DNA of 64,000 nt from Fidelibacterota bacterium (GTDB lineage: Bacteria; Fidelibacterota; JAANXI01): contig JAIPJS010000005.1 in NCBI GenBank assembly GCA_021734025.1, forward strand, positions 2,112-66,111, written 5' to 3'. The translations under genes and the position numbers were made by a program. This document shows positions 38,093 to 47,813 of the stretch, piece after piece. Under the pieces are notes generated by a model. The model was not told the DNA's origin. It saw only the letters and a list, made by a program, of their open reading frames with translations, and ran no database searches. Position 1 is the stretch's first letter, and every line of letters starts with the position of its first letter.

Positions 38093-39505
38093 TTAAAAAC
38101 GAATTTCTGCCTGAATCATGGAAAGAAACGCTGTGCGGTTGTTTTCGTCCCGAACCGGCACGACAGAAAAAGAGGGAATCACATCAAATGATTTCCGGGA
38201 TTCAAGAGTAGAGTAGGTGCCATCTCTGCTGACATCCAGGATGGAGCGCGTCAGAAAGAAACCGCCGGCGCCACCGGCCATAACCATTGCAGAGATAACC
38301 TTTCCGTCGTTGATAGAAGTCAAAGCGGCGGTACCAAGGCTGAACGCCATACCGGAACCTGTACCCAGTGCCATAAGTACCGCCTCTCCAAACTGGTAAT
38401 CATCTTTGGAAATGTACCGATCCATCAGAAAGGCACCACCCAAACTTCCGACTGTTCTCATTGTCAGGCTAAGCGAGGACTCCAAATCGATATCTGCAAT
38501 CTCCGAAAGTAACCCTGCGTACATCAGGCCAAGCAACCGTCCCTCGTAGAGCATAAGGGCGTCACCGAACGTATAATTCCGGTCGCCGAAGTACCGGTGT
38601 CCCAGGTAAATACCCAGTGGATAGCCGGCCATCTCCATGAGTGCATCGGTGCGTTTCCATTCCTGATATTTTTGAAGAGCCTGATTATACTCTTGCTCAT
38701 GAAAAATGTATTGGCCTGACCAGGGGTTATATTCTTCATATTCCCATTGCTCTGGTTTGTCTTCTGTGCCGGCCGAAATACGGTGCAGGTTCCTTGAAGC
38801 ATAGCCTCCTAATTCGCCCCACAGACTGAGTGCCCAGGAGTGGCCATGACTCGGCTTCCACTGTTTATACAGGTAATCTCCAGCCCATATCCCAGCCGGA
38901 ACAGAAGCCATTAACGACACAGCCCAGCCCTTGGAACTGTTGGTAAAAAGGTCAACTTCGGAAGGCCATAATTCGAAGACATCATTGACTAAATAGCCAT
39001 ATCGTAGTCCCAGCACCGATCCGCCTCGCATCATCTGGGCACGGCTGTACGGTATGTTCATATTTTTTGTGTACTGGTAGGTCAAATAAAATGCACCGCC
39101 GATTGAAAGCATTTCCGTCCCGACATACCACTTGGGATTCTCGGCATCCAGGACAAACGGAATCGTCCAGCCGTACAATCCGCTGCCGATAGCAATATTT
39201 TGGAGGACGACCGGCCAGCGGCCGGACTGGTCTAACCGGTCAGGTTGATTTCGGATGATGTCGTTTTCGAGCCGGGTAACCAGATTGTCCGGTAGATGAA
39301 GAGAGGACTGGAGAGTCCGCAGCAGATACCGCTCATTCTCATCGATGGATCCGTCACGGAAAGCGGAACGCAACAGATTTTCGTAAATTCCTTGCGGATT
39401 CAGGGAATCGGAGGGTATAGTATCTGCGGCAGTGGTTTGACCCGTTGCCGTGACTGTAAGGCAGCACAGCACCAGTATTACTGGAAACGCATAGAGGTAT
39501 TTCAT
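38093..39505 (-). CDS. Exported/membrane protein with repeated glycine-rich hydrophobic hairpins
   Basis: Signal peptide; TerB-like segment AFRDGSIDENERYLL; many GxxxG segments; ends IQAEIRF. Confidence 0.75.
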   Translation of the reverse strand: MKYLYAFPVILVLCCLTVTATGQTTAADTIPSDSLNPQGIYENLLRSAFRDGSIDENERYLLRTLQSSLHLPDNLVTRLENDIIRNQPDRLDQSGRWPVVLQNIAIGSGLYGWTIPFVLDAENPKWYVGTEMLSIGGAFYLTYQYTKNMNIPYSRAQMMRGGSVLGLRYGYLVNDVFELWPSEVDLFTNSSKGWAVSLMASVPAGIWAGDYLYKQWKPSHGHSWALSLWGELGGYASRNLHRISAGTEDKPEQWEYEEYNPWSGQYIFHEQEYNQALQKYQEWKRTDALMEMAGYPLGIYLGHRYFGDRNYTFGDALMLYEGRLLGLMYAGLLSEIADIDLESSLSLTMRTVGSLGGAFLMDRYISKDDYQFGEAVLMALGTGSGMAFSLGTAALTSINDGKVISAMVMAGGAGGFFLTRSILDVSRDGTYSTLESRKSFDVIPSFSVVPVRDENNRTAFLSMIQAEIRF

Positions 39506-40333
39506 GGTTGGAACTCCGGTGTTATTGGTAATCGAAATATATCTGTGGATTGCGGTTCACGCAATATGAATAGTGATAAACAACAAAAAGACGGAAGTCA
39601 CTAATAGGCAAAAAGTAACGAAGATATGGGAGAATGACAGCCGACGGAGACGCCATTGTACGAACAAGCGGACGTCTCCAGGCATTCGTGATGATATCGG
39701 ATATGTGGAATTGGGAATAGGGAGAATCGTGATGCAAAAAATATACAGCAATCGTGAAAAGGGGATAGTTAATATGGGTTGGCGCGTCCTTTAAAAGTCG
39801 TGAACAGGAATTAATGAACCGTAAAAAAGCAAGAGGGGTGTACACCAATTTAATATCAAATAAATGAAAACCGATAATTGAGCCCCGAAGGGGCGGTCGC
39901 AATTAGCCCACCAATTAATTGGTGGGATCCGGGTATTCCCCCAAACAATCAAGTACGGTGAGGCGCGAGGGACGACCTGGTGTGGGTTGTCGAAGCTACC
40001 GCGGCCTCATCAGCAGGCACGCTGTTTCGCATCAAGACGTATGAAAAACAGAATATCGGAGAGGGGCATCTGCCGTTCCTCCTTGGGTACGTCCAGGGGC
40101 AATGTATGTATGCGATTTATCATGTCCTGAAATCCAGCGCGCCTCGCCCAGTCCCTCAGGAATACAAGGGTTGGCGGTAGTACTGTGGTGTTTTCAGATA
40201 CTTTAAATATTTCTGCCTTACGGTGGTTCATTCCGTAATTCGTGTTCATTCCTGTCTCTTCGTGGACAATATTTTTTCACGTCCTTGAGACTTCGTGGTA
40301 AACTCTATCGGTTTTCTTTGGTTCTTGGTTCTT

Positions 40334-40831
40334 CTACAGGTCGTACAACTCCGGATCGCGCCTCAGCGGCCGCACCTTCGGCTGGATGCCTTTCTTCCCC
40401 TTGAACTCGAACGGCATCTCATCCTCGTCGAACATGTCGCCCATCTCCTCTTCAATTTTATCGGGATCCTCGCCGGCTTCAAGGCGGCCGAGAGCCTCTT
40501 CCATCTGCTCGTTGTATTTGAGGCCTGTTTTATCGGCGAATTTCCGCATGAACTGCGCCATAGAGCGGGGATCGTCTTCGTTCATATTCTCTGCCTCCGA
40601 GGCCAGGGACATCATCGCCTCCTCCATCTTGGATTCGTCGATGGGCAGATCCCCGAACTCGTCGTCGCCCTCACCGGCGCCGCCGGAAATTATGGCGGAT
40701 TTGGAGACCATGCGCTTCAGTTCCTCCCGGTCGCACTTGGGGCAGCCGGGGATTTTATCAGTATTAATTCGCTGGGACCAGAAGCTGTAAACCGTGTGAC
40801 AGTCCGGGCAGTAGAATTCGTAAACGGGCAT
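40334..40831 (-). CDS. FmdB-family zinc-ribbon protein
   Basis: MPVYEFYCPDC...CPKC; acidic C-terminal EDDPRSMAQFMRK and RLEAGEDP. Confidence 0.9.
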   Translation of the reverse strand: MPVYEFYCPDCHTVYSFWSQRINTDKIPGCPKCDREELKRMVSKSAIISGGAGEGDDEFGDLPIDESKMEEAMMSLASEAENMNEDDPRSMAQFMRKFADKTGLKYNEQMEEALGRLEAGEDPDKIEEEMGDMFDEDEMPFEFKGKKGIQPKVRPLRRDPELYDL

Positions 40832-40950
40832 GTTATGTGACCTCCGTGATTTTCATTTTGGTGCTCCGAAAATTTGTGGTAAAAAATACCGAGATTTTTC
40901 CTGTAGGGCAAACTGCAAACTACATGAAATTGATTTCAAAACAGCATCTA

Positions 40951-41770
40951 TTTTTTGGTACTTTTGGCCAGCCCCAAAAGTACCAAAAAAGGCCTGCCTC
41001 CAAGAGATCCTTACGGGAGAAACTCAGAACTCGCACTGCTCTTTTGATGGATGGTCTTTCATAATACTATTTGGAACTCGAATTTGATATATCGCCATCA
41101 ATTTGGGTGCTCAAACACTGAGTTTCCGGGTTAAATGCAAAGAACCCGGTACCCAGCGGCCTTGCTATTCATTTTGGGCACCGCTTCAACGAGTGGAGGC
41201 AAACAGAACCAGACTGTCCGAGTCCGGCGGCAGCCGGACGAGTTTCTGGTTCTGTTCCGGAACGAGTTGCTAAGCGGTCAAAATGGATAGCACCGCCTTG
41301 ATTTTTTTACATCCTTTTGTATCAAGACAAAAGGATGAAAGAACAAAGCTGTTGTTCACTCATCATGCAAGCCTCAAAGATATTCCCACGGGAGAAACTC
41401 AGAACTCTCCCGTACATCTTTATGACAAGCTATTCACCACCAAGGCAATCTCGTCTTTTGTAAATATATAGGAAATACCAGGTTCCTTACACAAGAGTGA
41501 GTAATAATTCTACTTACATTGCCCGTTTTTTCTTGATAAAAAAACGGGCAGAAAAAATCAAGGAAGCTCAGAACTCGCACCCGTATGTCGAAAATTGGTC
41601 TTTCACAAATACCTTGTAATATTAGTAAATAATAATTGTTTTCTGTCGGGGTGCTCAAACACTGAGTTTCCGGGTGAAACAAAAACACCGCTTGTATATG
41701 GCCTTGCAATTAATTTTTAGGCCCTTTTAGCGTGCAAATGTTCCACACAAGCGCATCAAGGCAAAAGGGC
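40951..41770 (-). repeat. Structured repeat family A, inverted copies (40951-41338, partial 41370-41410, 41521-41770)
   Basis: The reverse complement of CAGAACCAGACTGTCCGAGTCCGGCGGCAGCCGGACGAGTTTCTGGTTCTG matches the 23839 core; the terminal CTTGAT and ACTTTT hairpins are the same. Confidence 0.85.
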
Positions 41771-41807
41771 ACTTACATAAAAAAATCACAAAGGTGAAGT
41801 CAAAGCA

Positions 41808-44291
41808 TCAAAGATAACAGCTTTTATTCCAAAAGATAGACGCCACCACCACAATCCCATAACACCCCAGCGCAATCCCCATCGTCACCGTAAACCCGAA
41901 CTCCATGGATAGCATCACACCCAGCGGCGCGGCCACCACCGAGGCAAATCCGTTGATCCCCCACGCCCAGGGAATAAGCGGTTCGCTCCGGTTTTCCAGG
42001 ATTTCGATGCCGGCGGGAAAGAACCATCCCATGCAGAAGGCCAGCGGAAACAGGGCGATAAACGTCACAAGGAAGCGGACTGCGGTTCCGAATCCGATAA
42101 ATAGGTTCAGGAAGGAATCCAGTCCCAGCAGATAGAGTCCTGCGATGGCAAGTAAACCAATCCCGGCGGCCTGGATTCGCCTGGCGGCCGGCATGTTGAT
42201 ACGTCGCTGGGATGCACTTCCCAAACCTGCGAATACCAGGATAGCGGTGAGCGCCGCCGCTACACTATAAATCGGATCGCCCATAAACTTGGTGAACCGC
42301 TGAATATAGACCATCTCCAGGAACATAAAGCCGAATCCGATGCCGGCGAAGTGAAGGAGCGTCCAGCCGGACGTTCGGTTCAGTGGCAGCGACCGGTTCC
42401 GGAAGAAGAGCGGCAGCAGGATGAGCACAAACGCGATGAGGGAAACCTCGATGAGTGTAATAACCAGCACCGCGTACCCAAGCTCCAGTCGCTGGAGCCA
42501 CTGTCTGCCGTAGGTTTCCATAAATTGATCCACAGAACTCCACTTAAAGAAGTTGAAAAAGTACGGCTGCTCGTCGGTGGCGGGACGCACGTTATACGCC
42601 CAATTCTGATAAAATTGTTTGGCATTTCCGGCGATTATCCGTCCGGCAGCGTGATGCAGATAAGAATACGACTCGCCTTCCGGCCCCGCTATTTTGTTTC
42701 GCTGCTCCAGCGCCGCTCCGGAGATCCCGGGAAACCAGCCCGCATCCATGATCAGCGAATCGCAGACCGCGCGGAATGCGGTGATCTGCTCCGTTGAAAT
42801 TCGCGACTTTGCCAGAATCGTATTCGCCGCCAGGTAATTTCGGCTCTGCAGCATATGATATTCCGGACTTTCGACTCCGGATGACTCCAGAGATTCGTAA
42901 AACGTGGCAAAGATCTTGATATTATCCCTGGGCGGTGACTGGATTCCTCGTGTGATGCTTAGGAGTCCGTCCGGTGTTAATCGCTTAATACACTGCGCAA
43001 TACCCTCAACCGTCAACAGGTAATTCTCGTGTAGCGACTGCAATCCACTCACACCAGCGGACATTCCCTCCACACCCGCAATCTGGATGATGTCGTACTG
43101 TTCCTCGGTCTGCTCCAGAAACAGCCTTGGATCCTCGTTGATTACCGTGACGTTCCCCTTCAGATATATCCGCCCCGACTCCCCTGCGAATTCATTTTTC
43201 ATTAAATTCGTCAACTGCGGATTGGTCTGTACTACCGTGATCGATTCGGCGCCGAACCGCCGCGCAAGCCAGGCGTTCGTCCCGCCAACTTCACCAAGGA
43301 GCAGTACCTTCGGATTTTCCGTCAATCGATACGGAACCGATTGGGGCGTGTAATCCAGGATTGCAGTTTCATCCAGACTATCGACGGTAAAAATGGTGCC
43401 GGCCATTCCTCCGTCCATGAGCAGGGAGAACTGGGCAGGAGGCATTGCCTGAGATTGGAGTCCGGCGAACAACGTCTGATGCACCCTTTCCGATTGATAC
43501 ACATCAATCCGCGCCCGTGGACCGGGCTCCTGAATCAGAGGGGTTGCATCTCCCTGCGCTTCCAATCTTTGGAAATTCGCCAGCGCTTTGTACTGGTCGA
43601 CCGTCTCCAATGGATGGAGAAACACCGAAATCCCGGTAACGATAATCCCGGCTCCGAGGAGGAAGAATGTGAACGGTTTCCGCTCCCCGAAAAAGCTTAC
43701 CGGACTTGAGAATATCAAGCATAGCAAACCAATCAGAACGGTGAGCGCAAGTTTCAGGGGCAGGGCAATCGCCGGGATAAAAAACATAGCCAAAACCGCC
43801 AACATACCGCCGATTCCGCTTCCCAGGAGATCTGCTGCGTACAGCGTGGAAACTTCTTTGCGAAAATAGGAGATTGCCGCGCCAACAATTACCGCGCCGA
43901 AGAAAAACGGCAGGAGTATCAGCAGGTTGTAGAGCAGCATCAACAGTTGCTGGCGGGCGCTGAACAGGACATATCGTGTGTCAATGGGTAACGACTGAGC
44001 GGCGAGATAGCTCACTGGAATTGAGATCAGGAAGACCAAGTAGAAAAGCGGAACCCAAAACGCAAACCGGGATTTCATTCGCTCATAGAAAAACGCGAGA
44101 AATGTCCCGCTCACGCCAAAACCCAGCAATGCCGTGCTGATCACCAGATACGAGAAGTGGTGATACCGCACCACGGAAAGCGCCCGCATGAGAAAGAGCT
44201 GAAGTCCCACCAGCGTCACAGACACGAGGAAGATGGAGAGGAGTGTATATCGGTTGAACTGAAATGACCTTCTTTTATCGGCAGAATTCAT
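41808..44291 (-). CDS. Multi-pass membrane protein with a central spermidine-synthase-like fold
   Basis: YHHFSYLVISTALLGFG, YAADLLGSG, EDPRLF, PATDEQPYF and WAWGINGFASV. Confidence 0.85.
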   Translation of the reverse strand: MNSADKRRSFQFNRYTLLSIFLVSVTLVGLQLFLMRALSVVRYHHFSYLVISTALLGFGVSGTFLAFFYERMKSRFAFWVPLFYLVFLISIPVSYLAAQSLPIDTRYVLFSARQQLLMLLYNLLILLPFFFGAVIVGAAISYFRKEVSTLYAADLLGSGIGGMLAVLAMFFIPAIALPLKLALTVLIGLLCLIFSSPVSFFGERKPFTFFLLGAGIIVTGISVFLHPLETVDQYKALANFQRLEAQGDATPLIQEPGPRARIDVYQSERVHQTLFAGLQSQAMPPAQFSLLMDGGMAGTIFTVDSLDETAILDYTPQSVPYRLTENPKVLLLGEVGGTNAWLARRFGAESITVVQTNPQLTNLMKNEFAGESGRIYLKGNVTVINEDPRLFLEQTEEQYDIIQIAGVEGMSAGVSGLQSLHENYLLTVEGIAQCIKRLTPDGLLSITRGIQSPPRDNIKIFATFYESLESSGVESPEYHMLQSRNYLAANTILAKSRISTEQITAFRAVCDSLIMDAGWFPGISGAALEQRNKIAGPEGESYSYLHHAAGRIIAGNAKQFYQNWAYNVRPATDEQPYFFNFFKWSSVDQFMETYGRQWLQRLELGYAVLVITLIEVSLIAFVLILLPLFFRNRSLPLNRTSGWTLLHFAGIGFGFMFLEMVYIQRFTKFMGDPIYSVAAALTAILVFAGLGSASQRRINMPAARRIQAAGIGLLAIAGLYLLGLDSFLNLFIGFGTAVRFLVTFIALFPLAFCMGWFFPAGIEILENRSEPLIPWAWGINGFASVVAAPLGVMLSMEFGFTVTMGIALGCYGIVVVASIFWNKSCYL

Positions 44292-44448
44292 CCGGATTAA
44301 GAGTAAGAGTATAATTAGGATTAAGAGACCCCGTGAAAATTAGGGCATTACCCATTATACCTTATACCCTATATCATATTTTCCTTCCTGTCTGAAATCC
44401 GCGGTTATCCGTTGTTTCTGCGATCCCCGATTTGTCGGGGACAGCGTG

Positions 44449-45207
44449 CTATTCGTTTTCCAGCGCCTCCCCCGTCATCGGGACGAACCGCACCGGCATC
44501 AGGCTTTCAGTGCGCATCTTTCCGTCCTCGCCCGTGGTGACCTTCATCAGGGTCTGAGTCACGTACGGGCTGCCCACCGGAATGACCATGACGCCATCCG
44601 CCTTCAGCTGCTTCAGTAGTGGCGGTGGGACGTGTCCGGCAGCTGCGGTCACGATGATAGCGTCGAACGGGGCAGGTTCCTCCCAGCCATAATAGCCGTC
44701 GGCAATTTTTACATGGATGGAGTCGTAGCCGAGTTTGTCGTATCGTTCTTTCGATTGTTGTCCCAGCGCTTCAATGATTTCGATGGTGTATACGTGTGGC
44801 GTGATCTCCGAGAGCACCGCGGACTGATATCCGCTTCCGGTTCCAATTTCCAGCACCTTCTCGTCGGGAGAGAGGTTCAGTATTTCCGTCATGTACGCCA
44901 CGATATACGGCTGAGAAATAGTCTGTCCGTGTCCGATGGGCAGCGGCCGATCCCGGTAGGCATTTGATCGCTGACTCTTTGGAACAAACAGGTGTCTGGG
45001 CACATGGCGCATCGCGTCAAGAACGGCTTTGGAGTTCACACCTCTGGCGGCGATTTGATTTGCTACCATCTTATGACGCTCACTTTGGCGCTCGTCAAAA
45101 CGTGGAGGGGACCAATCTGGCGTATCCGGTGGAACAGCTCCCGACATCTCTGGGAGGAAAACCACTGCAATGAATAAACTGAATACCAATGATAAAAATC
45201 TTCTCAT
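44449..45207 (-). CDS. pcm: Protein-L-isoaspartate O-methyltransferase
   Basis: VPRHLFVP, GQTISQPY, LEIGTGSGYQ, APFDAIIVTAA and VRFVPM. Confidence 0.96.
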   Translation of the reverse strand: MRRFLSLVFSLFIAVVFLPEMSGAVPPDTPDWSPPRFDERQSERHKMVANQIAARGVNSKAVLDAMRHVPRHLFVPKSQRSNAYRDRPLPIGHGQTISQPYIVAYMTEILNLSPDEKVLEIGTGSGYQSAVLSEITPHVYTIEIIEALGQQSKERYDKLGYDSIHVKIADGYYGWEEPAPFDAIIVTAAAGHVPPPLLKQLKADGVMVIPVGSPYVTQTLMKVTTGEDGKMRTESLMPVRFVPMTGEALENE

Positions 45208-45396
45208 GATTTCACCTCATCCGGTGACGGGTGAACAGAGTGAACATCTCTTATGGTTAAAGTATCAGGTGGGATGGTGAGGTACAACAGGAGATGCGGG
45301 TTTTTCTTTAATTTGGCAGCCTGATTTTTTTCATCTTTTAGTGTGCACACGCTTCCGCCGGTGCGTAGCGGGTTTGTAGAAATGCATTAAAATAAT

Positions 45397-45600
45397 TAGC
45401 CTGAATTATTCATAAACTCGTGGACTTGTGATAAAAAATATCGCGCTTAGTTGTTCAGAATCAACGATTTGTAGAGACACGCCATGGCGTGTCTCTACCC
45501 ACGAATATTTTGGCAGCGGAGTACTGCCCATTCATACCATACATCCGGTCAGTACTTCAATGCACAATTCCGAAGATCTTTTTATGAATAATACAGGTTA
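45397..45600. mobile_element. 204-bp MITE-like element with 20-bp terminal inverted repeats, enclosing a GTAG-type REP palindrome
   Basis: Left TAGCCTGAATTATTCATAAA, right TTTATGAATAATACAGGTTA (18/20 match). GTAGAGACACGCC-at-GGCGTGTCTCTAC at 45471-45498. A lone similar end lies at 29078-29097. Confidence 0.7.
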
Positions 45601-45624
45601 GAAAAGAATAATCGCACTATTGAA

Positions 45625-46517
45625 TACCCGTTTTTTCTTGATATCCCATAGGGATCCCTTCCGGGGAAAAACGGGTAGCCTCGTAGAGATCCCTACTGGA
45701 GAAACTCAGAACTCGCACTTGTTATATCAATGATGTCCTTTCATAAGAATATTTGGAATTCATGTTTGGCTTATCGCCCTCAACTCGGGTGCTCAGACAC
45801 TGAGTTTCCGTTTTAAAAGCAAAGAGTCCGGTTCCCAACGGCCTCGCTATTTATTTTGGGCACCGTTGCGATGAGTGACGGATAGCCAGAACCGGCTGTC
45901 TGAAGGAGCGCAGCGACTGAGTTCCGGTTCTGGCCCGGAGCGAATTGTGAAACGGTCAAAATGGATAGCACCGCCTTAATTTTTTACATCCTTTAGTGTC
46001 CAGGTATTAATGTCCAAGTATTCCATACAAGCCCGCACAAGCGTATCAAGACAAAATGAAAGAAAATTAAATCTGTGCCTCACTTAATATTGAGTGACGC
46101 TCCACGGCAAGGTGGCCTCAACCTGATCTCAGCGAAAAAAATAAGAACACTGGTTGAATGTCCCCTTTTTCCTTGATGAAAAAGGGGACAGAAAAAATCA
46201 AGAAAACTTCGAGCTCACGCCTCCGTAATTAATGGCTTTCCCATTTATGATGACGGTGATCAAAATCAATGCTCAGGTAGATATTTCTAGGGGCGTTCAG
46301 ACAGCGAAGTTTTCGAAAACGTCAAAGCAGTTTATTATTGGCCTTGCTATTCATTTTGGGTACCGCTTCGACGAGTAGAGGCAAACAGAACCAGACTGTC
46401 TGAGTCCGGCGGCAGCCGGACGAGTTTCTGGTTCTGTTCCGGAACGAGTCGCTAAGCGGTCAAAATGGAAAGCACCGCCTTGATTTTTTCACCTGTTTTG
46501 TATCAACACAAAACTGG
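45625..46517 (-). repeat. Structured repeat family A, two copies (45625-46050, 46159-46517)
   Basis: 46341-46517 is near-identical to 41158-41338; CTTGAT hairpins at both ends. Confidence 0.85.
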
Positions 46518-46527
46518 AAAGAAAAAA

Positions 46528-47811
46528 TCAGCCAATCGCCTCAAGCGCCTTCCGGTGCGCTTCCAGCGTCCGGTCGATATCTGCCTCTGTGTGTGCCAGA
46601 GAGACAAATCCGGCCTCGAACGGCGACGGCGCGATGTAGATGCCGCTGTTCATCATCTCCACGAAGTATGTATTGAACTTGTCCCGGTCCGCGTTGCTGG
46701 CATCCTCGAAGTTTTCCACCGGATTGTCACTGAAATACTGGCAGAACATAGAGCCGACCCGATTGATTGTTGCCGGTACGCCGGTCTCTTCCAGGTTTTC
46801 AAGCATCCCCATTTCCAGACGATTGGAGATCTCTTCGAGGCCTTCGTATACCATTTCGCTCTGGATGAGTTGGAGCGTTTTAAGTCCCGCAGCCATGGCC
46901 ACCGGATTACCGGAGAGCGTTCCCGCCTGATACACCGGGCCAGTTGGTGATACGTGCTCCATAATCTCCTGTTTGCCGCCGTAAGCGCCCACCGGCATCC
47001 CGCCACCGATGATTTTACCGAGTGTCGTGAGATCCGGCATCACGCCGTAACGGGCCTGGGCGCCACCGAGTGCAACCCGGAACCCGGTCATGACCTCATC
47101 AAAAATGAGCACGATGTCATTGTTATCACAGAAGGAACGAAGCCCTTCCAGGAATCCGGTCTTTGGCGGAATCGTTCCCATGTTACCGGCCACCGGCTCC
47201 ACGATAATCGCGGCGAAGGCGTCTCCGCCATGATCCCGCAGGAGCGCCTGCACCGAATCGAGGTCATTGAACTGGGCAATGTGCGTATCTTTGGCAGTAC
47301 CTTTCGTAACTCCCGGTGAATTCGGCTGTCCGTGCGTCAACGCGCCGGAGCCGGCCTTGATGAGAAAACTGTCTCCATGACCGTGATAGCAGCCCTCGAA
47401 TTTGATAATTTTATCCCGGCCGGTATAGCCGCGCGCCAGCCGAATAGCACTCATCGTCGCTTCGGTCCCGGAGTTGACCATCCGGACTTTCTCAATCGAT
47501 GGGACTATTTTAATAATTTCTTTGGCGAGTTTCGTTTCCAGGGCAGTTGGTGCCCCGAAACTCAGGCCATTATCCATCACGATTTTTACGTATTCCATCA
47601 CCTCGCGATCGGCGTGGCCCAGGATCATTGGTCCCCAGGAACCAACGTAATCCACGTATTCATTCCCGTCTTCATCCCAGAGAAGTGAACCGCGTCCGGA
47701 TTTGATAAAGGGTGGATCCATCGGCACCGAGCCGAACGCTCGCACCGGGGAATTCACACCGCCTGGAATCGACTTTTTCGCCTGCTCGAATAGTTGTGCG
47801 TTTCGTGACAT
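46528..47811 (-). CDS. hemL: Glutamate-1-semialdehyde 2,1-aminomutase
   Basis: IPGGVNSPVRAF, NSGTEA, FDEVMTGFR, LGKIIGGG and YQAGTLSGNP. Confidence 0.98.
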   Translation of the reverse strand: MSRNAQLFEQAKKSIPGGVNSPVRAFGSVPMDPPFIKSGRGSLLWDEDGNEYVDYVGSWGPMILGHADREVMEYVKIVMDNGLSFGAPTALETKLAKEIIKIVPSIEKVRMVNSGTEATMSAIRLARGYTGRDKIIKFEGCYHGHGDSFLIKAGSGALTHGQPNSPGVTKGTAKDTHIAQFNDLDSVQALLRDHGGDAFAAIIVEPVAGNMGTIPPKTGFLEGLRSFCDNNDIVLIFDEVMTGFRVALGGAQARYGVMPDLTTLGKIIGGGMPVGAYGGKQEIMEHVSPTGPVYQAGTLSGNPVAMAAGLKTLQLIQSEMVYEGLEEISNRLEMGMLENLEETGVPATINRVGSMFCQYFSDNPVENFEDASNADRDKFNTYFVEMMNSGIYIAPSPFEAGFVSLAHTEADIDRTLEAHRKALEAIG

Positions 47812-47813
47812 AT

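Noticed and set aside
39990..40045. Hammerhead ribozyme (minus-strand GAAAC...CTGATGA)
   Set aside because: Stem III and the cleavage triplet cannot be formed, and no GAAA follows stem II.
23760..46517. CRISPR array or classical integron
   Set aside because: There is no regular repeat-spacer periodicity, no cas or intI gene, and I recognised no canonical attC end pattern.
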